A stretch of 64,000 nucleotides of DNA from Amphiscolops sp. MND2022 (GCA_964187785.1 OZ076409.1:372001-436000), one strand, 5' to 3'; positions 11,264-25,531 are shown, counted from the first letter of the stretch. A program made the numbers and translations. Notes: generated by a model not told the origin, from the sequence alone.

Positions 11264-13550
11264 CTGAAACACGAAGAAGAGACATTATTGGTGGTGATGA
11301 GGATACGCAAAGGATGGTAGCATAACACAAAGAGGAGCTTCCCGCGTTCGTTTGTCAACAAGGGGATCCCGCATGTCCAGTAGGGGCTAGGACACCCTAT
11401 GTACCTGGGCCAGCAGGTGGAACGGAACATGCAAAAGGAGTACAAAACAAACCAATAATACCATCGAACCAAGCCGCCGCTCAATCGTTTAATACCATCT
11501 CAAGTTAACATCGTATTCTAACATTCTGTGCAGACTACATCACATGCTCAAAGCCTCTAACCACTTCATACAGATTCGCTGCCATTGGCCTACAAAGAGA
11601 AGTCAGAACGAAATTCGAAATAGCTTTTTACCAAAATCGTCAAAATTACGAGTTTCAAAAAGTTTCAGAAAAAATTACGAGCCAGAAATTTGGTACAGAT
11701 TCGAAGCAGTGTGTCGCATACCTACACGCAAGGCGCGCGAATTAACTTGAAGCACAACTGGATAACAAGAGAAGTTCAACGCACGGGTGTGAAAAACTTC
11801 CGAAAGAGGGAAAACTTAATAATATAATTTAATTTAATTTATTTGATCATTCTTATTAAAATACAGTATATAAACTAAAATTCATGACCAAAAGAGACTT
11901 CCAAGGGCGCACATAAATTCAACAACTATAATTTCACTTGTAGCATCAGCATTTGTAATTTGATTATTAGGGGTTTACGAGAACGGGGCAGGGCAGTCCA
12001 ATTCACAATGACTAGTAATGAAAGCCAAATAATTGCCAAGAGGCATTTTTCTCCCGCGAACGTCGAATGAAGCTCAAAAATTCACAAGACAGCATAGTTT
12101 AATATCATAGCCTTCGCGGCGTTTAGAGCTCCCAAGTCAAAAAATGCACGTGAAAAAGGTTAGAGAGGTGAACATTTGTCAAATGCACCAATTGCACGTT
12201 GAATGAAGCAGGCTGTTGGTTGAATATATTGGTTTCCACAGAAACGAACGATGTACAACTAATCAGCAGCCGCCCGCCACTGAACTTCGTCAAGTAAAGA
12301 TGTTCCAGACAGACAACTCTGTTCAGAATGAAGCACAACACTAACATCCAACAGAAACAGATATTAACTATTACAGCCATTGCTTGGATGAGACGAGTCA
12401 CCTCCTCAATCGGCAAATCCATGATTTAATTAATCCACTAATAAAACCAAGTAAAAATCGGTTTCTACTGCAAACCAACAAGTGTGTTCGTGACTCAGTT
12501 CATTGACTTTAGTTGGCTATCAAGCTGTTGGCTACTTCATAAAACTTCTAGAGAAAGTTGGCCGCCATTACGGGACTCAATGATGCCTAATTCCTTTTGG
12601 GACAACATCTCAATTAAAAAATGCAAACGTATCTCTTCCAATTCTACCACGAAGACGTCTTTCAAGAATCCCAATTTTTGAATCTTGAACGTATGAAAAT
12701 CGAATGCATTTCACTAAAAAGATCAAGTGTAAATATTGCTACGTGTATCAAAAATGAAGCTTGCCAAAACGAGACTTCCCAAAAATTTCTTTCTCAAAGC
12801 ATTTATTTTACTTGAAAGTTAAATGAAAAGTTATCTTGAAAAACCAGAGCCGCATGTGCGTTAAAGGAGTCGGATTAGGATTTTTCCTTTCGACTCGCTC
12901 GAATCCCAGTCATACGATTTTGATGCCATTGCACATATAGGACTCTAATGTGGTGTAGAACGACTGTACAAAACTTCTGTGTTGTCTAGTGACGAAAAAA
13001 GCTTCAAAAACCATGGTACGCAAAGGCGGCACCCTTTGGAATACCCACCCGAGTATGCTTTCCAGTAAGATAGGAATTAGGAATGCCTATAGAAATTCAG
13101 TAAAAATTGGACATTTCAGTGTGAGGTCTGTTGTGGTCGAAAAGAAGTCACTGTAAAAGTTGGGCATTTTTCGTTTCACAAAAGCGCCGGCTAAAAAAGA
13201 GGAAATTTGACTGTTGCATCAATGATCAGGTCAGGTCAAGTCACTTTCGGATCATCATTTCTCGACACTGGAAGTAGAATGCGAAACCAAATGCACTCAA
13301 ATGATTCTGAGGAGAATTATCTTCAGATGAAAACCCTTAGATGAATGCCAAAAGAGCATTGCCAAAATAAACAACTTCCATAGAGAAGGAAGTTTCAGAA
13401 GTGTGCTACGTAGAGAAGTCCTCCCTGCAGATCCTGAAAACATTTGAAATGAACTGCAAAACCTGTTAGCGAACGAATAACAACTGCAGTCAACACACGA
13501 TCACATATTGCCTTGCCAAGCTATTTCGCCAATGTGCCAAGCTATTTCGA

Positions 13551-13836
13551 CTGCAGTAGCCTTCTAAAATATCGCAGCTCTATTACTTAAAATAGCAAAT
13601 TTCAAATCCAAATATCTGAAACAGTCACAAATATGAAAAACTGTCTACTGCAAAAGTTCCTTCAATTTTTTTTATCGTTTTCAAAAAGATTTGAAATTTC
13701 AGGACAAAAATATCAAAATTTAGAAATTTGTATTGTCGAGGCGAATTTTTGTAGTTGTGAAAGTTTACGAGATAATTCGTTTTGAATTTTGCCATTTTAA
13801 GCATTTGAGTTGCAATATTTCATAAAGTTACTGTAG
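13551..13836. mobile_element. Long-TIR MITE, same family as 862-1935
   Basis: CTGCAGTAGCCTTCTAAAATATCGCA ... TTGCAATATTTCATAAAGTTACTGTAG. Confidence 0.68.
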
Positions 13837-15150
13837 CTACAAAGAGAAAACAGTACAATTTGTAATAAATATATTGCTTGTTGGGAAACAAATTGGCTGT
13901 ACCTACGCACGAATAATAAACAGATAAGCCATTAAGCGAGATGATTAGGCGGCTCGTTTGAGTAATTGATGAACAATTAGGCGGCTCGTTTTGAGTTCAC
14001 AGATGAATAATGCATAATATCGGGATGGGATGAGCTGAAAACGTTTCAATCTTTTCCATTCAGGAGTATGTTCGTTCAACACAAGCAAGGCAAAAACTGA
14101 AGATCAGATCAGATCAGCTGAAGAGCATCAAGTTCTATAAACTACACCAACTTCTTCATATGCTTTCACCACCAAGCACTAAAACTTTTCAACGTCTTTA
14201 GGAATGAATGGTTCACAAACCATGACCTTCCGCCCAAAATGTTATCAGGATAACGCATGAATCAGATTCCTCTCAATTTTCCACACTGAGGACTCACAAA
14301 AAAACACACCCAGCGCCTCATTCCCAATTAGCAACAAGCTGCGAACGGTATGAAGCGGCCCTTGCTTAAGGCTCAGAAAGAGAGAAGCGGCCCTTGCTTC
14401 AAAACGACAAGGAACTGTTTCTGAAACTATGCCATGTCTTCTGTGCCATGTCAATAGATTCTCTCTTCTTCTCTCTCGCAAGGACGCCTACAAACGGACG
14501 CATTCATTAGTTGGTAGGACTCACAGTCCATTCTCGGATCTGGAAGGAAGTTCTGCAAGTTTCCTCGGTTGTCTGCGTTCAGATCTCAACAGTTATCTTG
14601 CCAGTTGTAACAACATGCTCCAGCTTCTCTTTTCTTATAACATGCCCAAAAGAAGTGATTTGTGGTCCCTTCGTTATCGTTCACAAAATCCATCTACTCT
14701 CACTAAGACAATATCATTGCAAACCTTGTCTGTGCACTTCTTCAATATCCTTATAAGGAGCCACATTTCAGTGGCCAGCAATTTCTTCTTATCATCAGAT
14801 CAGATCAGATCAGACATTAAGGTCCCTGCTTTACAGCCAAACAAAAGGAGCGCTTCGATGTAACGTCTGACAACTCCGAATCTTGTCTTTGTAGTTTCGA
14901 ATTAGTCAGTGCTTTTCATTTTCAGGAAGGTTAGTTAAGCCTCTGCAACTCTTTGGCTCCTTCCATCGCTGGTAATGATGAAGCCCATATATTTGAAAGC
15001 ATTGGCTTGTTCTAATTTTTGGTTGTTCAAAATCGCTTGCACATTTCTTTTCTAGAAACACCTTTTATTTTCTTGACTACATCATTACCAACTTGAATTA
15101 ACTTTTTCCGTCCCATTTCGCTCATGACATTCAGCAAAACTTACAGGTCC

Positions 15151-16173
15151 TTTTAGTCGGCGCTTCCTACAGTGGCAAGTTTTTCTTCAGTCATCGTTAA
15201 ACATCCGCTTTTATTAATTTTGAATGGGTCAAATTTTCAATGCAAGTGAGCCGCCTTTTGGGGTCAGTGATTAACGAGGACTTTTGGGTCTTATGACAGA
15301 GCCTGAGAAGGAGTAGGCGGGTTCGAGTCACGCAAAAAACACGTTTTGATGGGCGCTTTTGTAGAAAGAGCAGACTATAGTGATGACATTTTATTTTTAG
15401 GACCAACAAACTGACAGATTTTATAAGTTTTGTAAGTTGCTGCTCAGTAACATTTAACTTCCAATGCCACCCGACACCGAGGTTTATCGGGATTTTTTGA
15501 GGTCTGGAAAGCAGAGGAATGTGGGTAAGAGTCTTGCACTTGACCAAAATTCTTAGGCTTGTTATTTCGGCTCTGTGAGACTTTTCGAAAACTTTTCAAT
15601 GTCTCCAAAGGGTCCCCTTCTTTTTTAAAAAATATTTTGCAACAAACACCCAAAGGTTGCCTCCTTTTACAATTTTCGGCATTGAGATTTTTTCCAAATG
15701 ATCATTTTTAGTCTTAAAAGGTGGTTTTCTCAGCACACAATATCCGAACTTGTTTGTTTTTTAATGACCGACGTTTTTTCCACGCGACTTTTTCTAATTT
15801 GTTTCCATCGAAGCCCCTCTCAATTTCACTAAAAACGAAACGCACTTATTGGGGTTTTCGGCACTATACGACTTAGCAAAAACATTTATCAGAAAAATTT
15901 CGTAAAATTTCCGAGAATGTTTCCTCAATTTTTATTTTTTGACAAGTTTTCCGCGGAGCAAATGTGTTTTGTTTACAGTCGAGAAAAAAGTGGTTTCCAA
16001 ATTCAATGGGTCTCCTTCCGGGTTTTTCGTCACTATTAGACTTTTTCCAAATAACAGGTTTTTCGAGTCTTATGCGTGTCCCTTCGGGTATTTTTTGATC
16101 CTGTAAAATTTTGATCCTGTTAACATTAAATTTCTTTTGCATATAAAAAAACTTGGGCCGTTCCCAGATTGTT
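15151..16173 (+). mobile_element. Helentron/DINE-1-like family A, older composite copy
   Basis: TTTAGTCGGCGC start, internal AAGGGTCCCC repeats, degenerate GGGCCGTTCCCAGATTGTT end. Confidence 0.6.
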
Positions 16174-16899
16174 TATCCTTGCAGAGGAGGTAGAGGGAAG
16201 ACGGAACGATTTTCACAAAAAACCAACCTGAGAATTTCGGCAGAAATGAAGCGCTTTGCGAGCTTATTGACACAATGCCAACAGTTGGTTAAGTATCAAT
16301 ATCAAATATCACTTCGAGATGTTTCTTAAATGACGAGCTCCATATGCCCGAATTCTCCCACTGCGACTGCTTCGCAGGTGACGCCAAAATCTGCTCAAGT
16401 GGTAATGCTGAAAAGGCTCCGAGCAGATCTGATTTTTTCTCTGGGCTCACGACAAATTGACTTTCCACAAACACAATTGCTGTTATTTGTATTTCAAGAA
16501 AACGAATTCTTATCTAGTTCTTGGACATCAAAGTTTGCAGGCATAGTCAAGAGCTGGAATGCTAACCTGAGCTGTATTGTAACATTTCAACTAAACTTGT
16601 TACTGCGACTACGGAAAGTTCTACGCACTAACTCTACGAAAAGTTCAAATATTTGCCATATTCTGTGGCCCGCCAAGTTCCTTTGAGTGTGAAATTTCCA
16701 TGTAAAGTTTCCATTATCTTATACTGATCTTCTTCATGGTCTGCAAATTGGAATTAACTGCAAATTGGAATCTTTGAAACAGGTCTGATAGGGGCATTAG
16801 CAGTCACTCCTAAGCGTTATTGAAACTTCTGCAATAATACCGACCATGTATCAAAAACAGAACAGAACAGACTTGCACCGTGACTTGTTTGCCGGCATC

Positions 16900-17930
16900 T
16901 CCTCTGGACATCAATGACCTCACCAATAACATCAATGACCTCACCAATACGGTAGAATCGCATGTTACTCTTTTCGCCGAGAACACCAACATTTTCGACC
17001 GCATGGAACAGGACGCAAGCAACGTAGAGAAAACCTTATCCATTGTGAATTCCTGGATGAAAAGTAACAAGCTGAAATGTAATCTCGATAAATCAAAAGC
17101 TGTAATCTTCGGTGAAACATCTCCAACTGCAATTTTCGACAAGTTTGGCTTGATGGTTCAACATTGTATTAAGTATTTGGGAGTGTTAATTGATGACGAT
17201 CTCAGCTTCAAGAGTCAAGTTGAAAAAATTAAGAAAAAAACTTTTGTTTTGCAACTACACAGTTCTGCGCACAAGGCCCTACCTGAAAAGATCTCAATTA
17301 CTTGTATACTACAGAACACACGTCAAAGCAATTGTACAGTATGGCGTTTTGGTGTATGGATGCACAGCTTTCAGCAACCTCCAACCGATTTTGCGTCTAC
17401 CGAAAAGAATAATTAGGAACATTTACCATCTGCCAAAATATACCAATGTCGATCAAATAATGTCGGAAAATGGATTGGAAACTGTATACGAACTTCATGT
17501 CTATGAACTCTTGAAATTTATCCTGACGTCAATGACGACAGGACACGAGAGCCAGCTATTGAACGAAATGTTACGTAAAAAAGAGGGAAAAAACTACGGA
17601 CTGAGAAAACCACCAGAGACTTTGGCCCTGATTCCAATCACAAGAACGAAAGTCGGTGAGCATTCTCTTAAATTTAGGGTCCCGACGCTTTTTAACAAGT
17701 TGGACTCCTGGGGAGTTTTTCCAGACCAGAGTAATCTAGCTGGTATCAGCGCTGACTCCGTCAAGAGCCTTGGCCACAAATTGTTTGACTGTTTTGTCAT
17801 AGGTAACGAAGACCTGGTGCGCTTCGTTTTCCGATTGCCGCCATAGTAGAGCAACGAGCGGGAAGCATCCGAACATCTCTGCTATCGACAGAGAAGAACG
17901 ACCGCGAAGCAATAAAAATAATAAAAAAGC
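16900..17930 (+). mobile_element. 5'-truncated CR1/L2-type LINE (RT C-terminus, frameshift near 17240, A-rich tail)
   Basis: INDL...LFAENT...NKLKCNLDKSK...KYLGVLIDDDLSFKSQV...IVQYGVLVYG. Confidence 0.85.
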
Positions 17931-19754
17931 TAAATTCAAGTCTCATTTCATCAGTATTTTTTGCAGTTAATTCAATAGCAATTGGTTCTTCTTCTTTGCA
18001 ACTGTCATTTTGTATAATTCGATTAATCAATGCCGAAGTATCATCGTCATTTTTGCGGGCGCCGAGTGTAAGTACCAAACTAGTGTGTATCCTTTCTGTT
18101 TTTTTCTGTTATTTTTGCTAACCATCAATTTAGGGTATCATAGTGTTTACTATCATACCCCAAATGCTTCTGCCACCTGATGCAAAAAATCCCGCGTTAG
18201 AGTTCTCAGGTGTCTACATCTTTGCTCCCCGAGAGCATTGAAGACTCCTGGGCCTGTAAAGTCGGGCATCAGGTGCGCAGAAGCCGTCACATGAAACTTT
18301 ATCAGCAGGGGTAAGAAAAGCGAGTTTTCGGTGAATTTCCGTGAAATTTCATCTTTAATTCCGTTTTTTTTTCCCGACTGTCTTTATACTCTGTAGACTG
18401 TCTATGCCCACAACTGATAGCACATGATCTTTCACTGTTTTTCACGCGCATTAAGCTCTCCAAAAAGTCCTGGAATTCTTTTTTTTTCTGATGTTCCGTA
18501 TTTTTTTTCTTTTTTTTCCGATGTCAACTTCTGTTCCAGAACTAACTTCTAAATTTCATAATATTAAGAGGCTCCCTTCAAACGGGCAACTGCCTTTTGG
18601 GAGTCTTTTCTGGCATTGATCTATTCTTTTGGTGTTCTAAATTAATGAAGATGCTTGTAATGCAGCCAGATAAATTAATTTATTATTATTATTATTATCG
18701 CGTGCATAAACTTTTATGACCATTTCACTATACAAGGCGATAAGAGACCTTGCGAAATAGTTAGAAGCTCAAACTAGCGGCGTCGAAATTCAAAGGAAAT
18801 TAGTTCATCAGTCATTTATCCCAAGAGTAACCTCATCTGCTAAATGATCTTCAAGACTACTGAAAAAGACTCGATCTCTCCTTCGCATAACTTCAAAGAC
18901 CAACTTCGACAGTACTTTCGATTTTAAACGCAAACTAAGTATGACTTGAACAGAACCTGCGCTTGATATGAAAAATGTCCTTTATGTGCCTCTTGAGCTT
19001 TGCAGTGATTAAATGACTTATCTCTCTGTTTGTAAATCTATATAGCTATTTGCGAATCCCCTCCACGTTCTGCGAATTTGAAGTGTCTTCTTTTGGGTTT
19101 TTGGCACGCACAATGAGACTTTTTCCGGAAATTGATTCAATTTTTCACAATAGTATTTTCATTAGTTGCAACAAGAACGGTGTCATCTCTATCTATTGTT
19201 GAGGGTTTCAATTGAGACACCGTTTTCTTCATCAAATACAGAAAGAAATCAGGCGACACAATATCGTTTCGCCGAACACGTATTTTGTTGAGAACCATGT
19301 CAGTAAATTTTCGATTGGCATGGCTGCAGATTCTGTTCTAATCGGAGATCTTTGTCACTCAAATCTCTAAATGAGATATCAAACAAAATACTGTGTTGTA
19401 CAATATGGAGCCTTTTGTGTAATATACGAAACAGAAGTACAGATTGACATTAGCCTCGCGACACTGTTCGTCAAAAGTGTTCAGAACATAGATAGCATTT
19501 CGCACGCCTTTGCCGGGAAGAAACCAAACTGGTTCTCGCTCAATTCCGATCTCTTCTTCATCCTGTACTTCCTGCAACACTTTCGTCACTTAGCTAATCA
19601 ATGCTACTATAGTTCGGAAATGAGTGCACTCTTGGCGGAGGTATAAAAATACTGCTTGTCAGCTCATCTGGAAACGTCGGAAAATCTCAAGCCCATCAAA
19701 ACCTCATAGTGCCGAAAAAACCACAAGGTAGGATTTTCCCAAATTCAAATATGC

Positions 19755-20394
19755 AACCAGAGCCGCATGTGCGGTAAAGGAGTCGGCTTAGGTCTTTTTC
19801 CTTCTGAAGTCGAAAAATGGCCCTTTTTGACCATTTTTGGGCTAATTTTGACTATGTTTCTCACATCCCAGCCATACGATTTTGATGCCATTGCACATAT
19901 AGGACCATAATATGGTGTAGAATGACTGTAGAAAATTTCGTTCGAATCGTATGGACAGTTTTTGAGAAAATCGAAAAAAAAATCGAAAAATGACTGTTTT
20001 TTGGCCATTTTTGGGCTAATTTTGGCTATGTTTCTCACATCCCAGCCATACGATTTTGATGCCACTGCACATATAGGACTCTAATATGGTGTAGAATGAC
20101 TGTAGAAAATTTCGTTCGAATCGTATGGAGTTTTTGAGAAAATCGAAAAAAGTCGAAAAATGGCTGTTTTTTGGCCATTTTTGGGCTAATTTTGGCTATG
20201 TTTCTCACATCCCAGCCATACGATTTTGATGCCTTTGCACACGCAGGGGCCCCTTTGGGTGTAGAATGACTGTGCAAAATTTCGTGAAAATCGTATGGAC
20301 AGTTTTTGAGAAATTTGAAATTTTCATGAAAAGGTCGGGAGAAAAAAAACACGATTGCATATGTAGTCGAAAATTTTTTCCGACTCCTAAAAAA
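19755..20394 (-). mobile_element. Helentron/DINE-1-like family B with three internal ~170-bp tandem repeats
   Basis: AACCAGAG + hairpin CCGCATGTGCGG + subTIR AGGAGTCGG at one end; AGTCGAAAATTTTTTCCGACTCCTAAAA at the other. Other copies at 1029-1424 and 12842-12975. Confidence 0.75.
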
Positions 20395-20889
20395 GCAGTT
20401 TCATAAAATTCCTGACCAACAAAACTCGGCTTGAAAGTGCTCTTTCTTTACTGAAAATGTCAAAAAACAAAGGAGGGTTCTTGGTGAAATGTATAACAAT
20501 AGAATGGAGCAGAAAAATTATAAATTGAGGGTTACTTTGGTCTCTCGTTATTTCGATGATCATCTAAAAATGTGGAAAACTGAAGAGAACAGAACCAAAG
20601 ATGAGCAAAATCAGAAATTTTAATCAGCATTTTCAGTTTTAGAAACAAAGACCAACATAGCCAATCAATTGATTTTTTTAACCATTTGTGAAACAACTTA
20701 ACAGTTGAGGAGTGCGGCTGAGCAGTGCCACTCGTGGTCTCAGAAGCTATTATGTTTAACATTGAGCCACGCCTCGATTGAGGTGCAGTGTTCTCAACTC
20801 AACTATGAGCAGTTCTACAATGATGGTGCTTGCTCAACTGAAAGCAATTGTGTTCAACACATCCAAAAGTTTGCAAAACGCTTTTTCCA

Positions 20890-21351
20890 AGACGAAAACT
20901 TTTCGAAAGTGAATGGGGTACTCCCTGACGAAAAGAAAACTTTCCTGTAAAAAAGTCACACAGTGCTGAAAAAAACTTTTCCGTAGTTATTCAGAAACTC
21001 TCATCAGTCCCACAGGACCTGAGAAATCAAAGAGGCCTGCCTCAAGAAAAAAACTAATGTATGCAAAAAAATTGTTTCGATTTTTTTTCGGTAATTCGCA
21101 GTGCCGAAAGACTATTAGGGGGCCTACGTTCGCAAAATTTTTGTATAATAATCTAGGGGCTTCACTCGGAAAAAAATTCAAAAAGTCGCATAGTGCCGAA
21201 AAAATTGTACTGGACTCGAACGCCTGGACTCCCTCCCTGCTGGCCAAAAGCCGGGACCAACTGTGATGGTAGGTGGAATTTATGAAAAGTTAAAAAAGTG
21301 GAGGTTACAGGGTGTCTGGGGAAAATTACCACCAAACGCGCCGACTAAAAA
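20890..21351 (-). mobile_element. Helentron/DINE-1-like family A, partial
   Basis: AGTGCCGAAAA repeats and GCGCCGACTAAAAA end. Confidence 0.6.
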
Positions 21352-21819
21352 TACCATGACTGACTTCATTCGATTATTATTGCGGTTCTTAATCGATAGC
21401 AATAGCAGCTGCTGTTTCGAGATATCAGCAAAACAGCTACAGGACTGTGACAAATTAACAGCAGCAGAGAAGCAATTGTGTAGTACATGACATGGAAAGG
21501 GTTCGCTGATTTGTACATATGTGTATGCGAACAAAGCGTACAAACTAAAAATACAGAATACGTCAAGTGCAAGCGTCAATTCAGTTCAGTTCCATTCAAT
21601 TCATCACAATCAACAAACCTTCATCTGGAAACATTTATTCATCTGTCATTTATTCAATTAAAGGGACAAGAGAGAGACACAGACAGTCAAGTGAGAGCAC
21701 TACTGCTGATGCTGCTGAGCTCTTGCACTTAGCACGTGTTATTAGCAGAGTGAGAGGACTCCTAAGCTATGCCTGAGATACCGTAGTGTACATGTAGAGA
21801 GAGACACTGCTGTTAGTAC

Positions 21820-21911
21820 CTGGCAGCGGTTGTTTCTGAGCAGGCTGCTGTTGTTCGGCTGACGTGGAGGAAACATCCATGGTCGTGCCAGGTGCATGCA
21901 TCTTGTGCTCC
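21820..21911 (-). CDS. ITSN: Intersectin exon 6 (linker)
   Basis: tgtAG acceptor and GTACT donor; the 92 nt convert phase 2 to phase 1, as needed to join exons 5 and 7; EHKMHAPGTTMDVSSTSAEQQQPAQKQPLP. Confidence 0.75.
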
Positions 21912-22401
21912 CTACAATCACAAAACATCGTCACTTAACGGTATGTCAATCGTGTATTTCAACACATGAATAAGTAGAGAGTCACGTGCTTCTTTTCTTT
22001 TCTCTTCTCCCTGGAAAGGGTGTCAAAAGTGAGAGGGTTGAATTGTCAGTGTACCAGCTATGCAATTGGATCCCTCCCCCAACCTATGCCATATACGTCC
22101 TTAACATTGGCCAACACGACCTATACATTTGATAACTTAACCTTCAATGGCAAAGTTGAGCCCACACTATGAAATCGTAACAATTAGTGTTAGGCACAAA
22201 AACCAATTATTCATTCAATTTATTCGCTTTCACCATTTCACACGAGTGTAGCTGAAGCACATCGATCGGAACGGAAAAGCACAAATTCGTTTCATCTCCT
22301 CTTCCACACCAAAGGAAGGCCTCTTGGCATTTTTTTGGCACACTTTCAGAAACTATTCAAGAAAATATCATAAGGACCCTCGTCGGAAAGTTTCTCTACA
22401 A

Positions 22402-22722
22402 TTTTTTAGTCGGCGCTTCATGAAGTGAAACGCGACTATTATAGTGGCTTTTCTTTTTTTTCAATCCACACGAACTGACCAAAATAGTTCTTAGAAGTTC
22501 TACGAAATTTTTAGGCCCAAATTGAATCATTTGGCCCCTAGCGAACTGAACCAAAAAAGTTTTTCCTATTTTTCCGCGTAACATACCATACCGGGAGAGA
22601 CTAAAGGGTCCCCCTTTCAGTTTTTTTTGGTATTGTGAGACTTTTTTTCGAAAAAAATGTTCGGCTGCTGTAGAAGAGAACCTTTGACACTATTTTTGAG
22701 CCTTAGATATGGCGCCGACCGA
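22402..22722 (+). mobile_element. Helentron/DINE-1-like family A, ending about 15 nt from the ITSN exon 5 donor
   Basis: TTTTAGTCGGCGCTTCATGAAGTGAAACGCGACT ... GAGCCTTAGATATGGCGCCGAC. Confidence 0.75.
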
Positions 22723-22737
22723 CATAATAATTTTTAC

Positions 22738-22875
22738 CTCATGGAGGGGGGTACAAGTAGAGGGGGAAGTGTGGGGGGCAGCGACTCCCCGGCCTTGACC
22801 AGGTCGCACAGGTGCATAGCCAGAGTGAACTCGTCTGGATTGAGGTTGCCCTGGCCACGCAAGTTGGACAAGTCC
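22738..22875 (-). CDS. ITSN: Intersectin exon 5 (EH2 C-half)
   Basis: [51 protein letters not shown] borders in phase. Confidence 0.9.
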
Positions 22876-22965
22876 CTGAAACAACAACCACAACAACAAC
22901 ATACTCCTCTGTGTGACGTCACAACTTAACTTGAGGCCAGACAAAAAGAGATTAGCGCCACTGAC

Positions 22966-23029
22966 CAGATGCGAGCCAGGATGTTGGTGTCGACATTGGT
23001 CTGCAGCAGAATGTTGCGAGCCAGATTCG
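22966..23029 (-). CDS. ITSN: Intersectin exon 4 (EH2)
   Basis: ttcAG acceptor; ANLARNILLQTNVDTNILARIW; GTCAGT donor. Confidence 0.88.
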
Positions 23030-23962
23030 CTGAAACATACCACCACTTACCATCACTATTGTGCATCCTTATGAAAAAACTAAATTCCGAATTTAAAATG
23101 AAACAAACAAACATGTCCACTCATAAAAAACGGTAGTGTAAAGTTGCTTGGTATAAATTAAAATAAATAGAGTATAGAACTAACAAGCACAAAATAATCA
23201 TTTAAAGTTATGAACACAACATACTAGGGATTTAATTAAAAACGGTAATCTTTCCAACATTTCATTCTATGCACGGGATGTTCAGTCTCTTTTTTGATTT
23301 GAGAAATGAAGTGATGTTTCAGTTTCGTCTTGATACTCTCATACGAGTTTTTATTTTAAGATATACAATAGTGTAAGAAAAGAACTGAACCCTTATATGT
23401 AAGAAATAATTTGGGCTGCATGTAAACAAAGCTAGCATTTTACATGGTGATTTCTTTCAATCTTTGTTTTATTCACGAAATTAAGGGCCTGGAAAGACAA
23501 ATCGAATGTTCAAGATAATGGGTACAATAGCTTTAATTAGCAGATTCTCCTGATATCAATTTTATCAGTAAAAATGTAACACAGAAAACATAATCCCCAA
23601 TCTTTGCAAAAAATAGCTGTGTCTCACGTATTAAGATAGTAAATAAAATGAAATAGAAAACCCCTTTCAAAAACTACCAATTATCTTGATGTAAAATAGT
23701 TGAATGGCTTCAGTAAATAAAAAACCTGCCAAATAAACACAAGTTCCAAATTAGGTGCCAAATGTTGCAAAATTGTCCAAAATGATGTCCCATATGCCTA
23801 TTTAGTAAATAAAATCAATGAAAAATGAAATTAGGAAGTTTCTTCATTATTTGCAAACCTACATTTCAAGTCCCCAAGAAACCTTTAGAATGTTTCTTTG
23901 ATTTTCAAATATCTTGGATGATAGCAGAAATCAGAGCTGGGGGGGGGGGGCAGGCAGCTAAC

Positions 23963-24415
23963 CTCCCATGATGCCAGTCCTTCCGGGGTCGTTGAGAGAA
24001 AACTGCTGTCTGTACTTGTTCCTGGAGGCAGGAGGCACCAGCCAATCAGAGGAGGCCATGTTCAGAGCCAGCGAGTCTCTGCGGGGAGGCACAGGCTGGG
24101 CGAAGGGATCTCCCCCTACCCCCACTAGAGTGGGCGGTGCCCCCACAGGGGGAGGGGGAGCAGCAGTGGCAACGGGCATGGTCATGGCCGCCTTCATATC
24201 GTTCCGCATGGGGACGGCGGGTGGCAGCGTGGGGTACAGTTTAGGGGCCGCCGCCCCTCCCCCGAAAGCTGCGTCGATTGTACTGCTCGTGTTGGGATGG
24301 GCAAGGGGAGGGGGCATCTGCGGCGGTGGGGCGGCGGGGGTGCCAGAAGGGAAGCCACCTCTCGCGACTGGCGCCCCAGGAATGAACGAGTTGCCGAATC
24401 CACCGCCGAAAGCAT
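23963..24415 (-). CDS. ITSN: Intersectin exon 3 (Pro/Ala-rich linker, start of EH2)
   Basis: tgcAG acceptor; ends DWLVPPASRNKYRQQFSLNDPGRTGIMG; GTTAG donor. Confidence 0.9.
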
Positions 24416-25292
24416 CTGCAACACACAATAACACGCAGTCACAATACATGTACATACGTGCACGCTAAACCATACCACAGTTGAGCGACAACCCACTTGT
24501 GAGGTTGATCTCGCAATGAACGGTTATAAAAAAAACAAACATCCGACAAACACTGGGATCTTTCCGACACGAAATTTCTGGGTCTTCTCAGAAAGACTAG
24601 GCAACAGCGAGTATTTCGCGGTCAGTGGAATAGAAAACAAATCAGTGGCAATAGAACTCATCTGAGAGTCTTACACCTGCAGAAAACATCTAGGAGTTCG
24701 CAATCGTTCATTTTCCGTCTCAGCTAACCTTTCAACGATTCTTGTAGTCATCATCGGATGTCATGAGAACAATTTATATTGGACCATTCGTATGTCATTT
24801 GTATTTACACCCAGTAAACTTTGAAAACTTCGGCCTCCAAACCCAGGAAAAATGGCGCCATTCAAGTAATTTAATCAAGATTGCTGTGAAAAGGAACAGA
24901 ATGCAATATATGTTTCTATTAAGCGGCTTTTCCCCCAATAAACGGATCTCTTTCACAAGGTTCCCCCTTTTTGTGTCCTTTCACTATGCCCCCCCCCCTA
25001 GAGAAAAGGAATGTTACTGGTTCATTTTTATTCATCTAAAGGATGTATGGCTATTCTGTCAATCAATTGATCTCTTCAAATATATATCGACACTTTTTAT
25101 TGGCTCTTATTATCAAAATCCCCACTCAGCCAATCAGCAGCTATGAAAACATAGATATGAAAAGAACTGCGGTATTAGACTTCATACATGCATTCAAGAG
25201 CGTTTCCTGTTGTCCTCCCCTTTTGCCATAGGGAAGGGGGGGGTGATAGTGAAAGAGATCCCATCCCGATAAACACTTGGAATGGCGGCTAC

Positions 25293-25531
25293 CTTGTGAG
25301 AATTGCGACTGGGGAGGGGGTCCGCCGGGTGCAGCTGCAGCCTGTGACGTCACTGCAGAGGAGGGGGTGTTGACGGGGGGAGTGTTGACGGGGGTGCCGG
25401 TGAGGGTGAGGAGTTGTTGGGGGAGGGTGGCCGGCACCGTGTGGCCCCCCAACACGTGCTCTATGAGACACATGGCGATGGCGAACTCCCGCTCACACAA
25501 CTTGCCGTCCTTCGTCAAGTCACTCTTCTCC
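25293..25531 (-). CDS. ITSN: Intersectin exon 2 (C-half of EH1)
   Basis: tgcAG acceptor; WEKSDLTKDGKLCEREFAIAMCLI...PATLPQQL; GT donor at 25292; phase 2 in, phase 1 out. Confidence 0.9.

Larger units (their letters stand above)
14430..19680 (-). mobile_element. Fragmented RTE-type LINE (pieces 19359-19680 and 14430-15130) split by later insertions
   Basis: FLPGKGVRNAIYVL...LYFCFVYYTK (RT), NLEQANAFKYMG and LLATEMWLLIRIL..TDKVCND (RTE C-terminal motifs). Confidence 0.65.

Noticed and set aside
11290..11480. GC-richer, protein-like stretch next to ITSN exon 7
   Set aside because: It is not needed for ITSN phase, has stops in the plausible frames and shows no recognisable homology.
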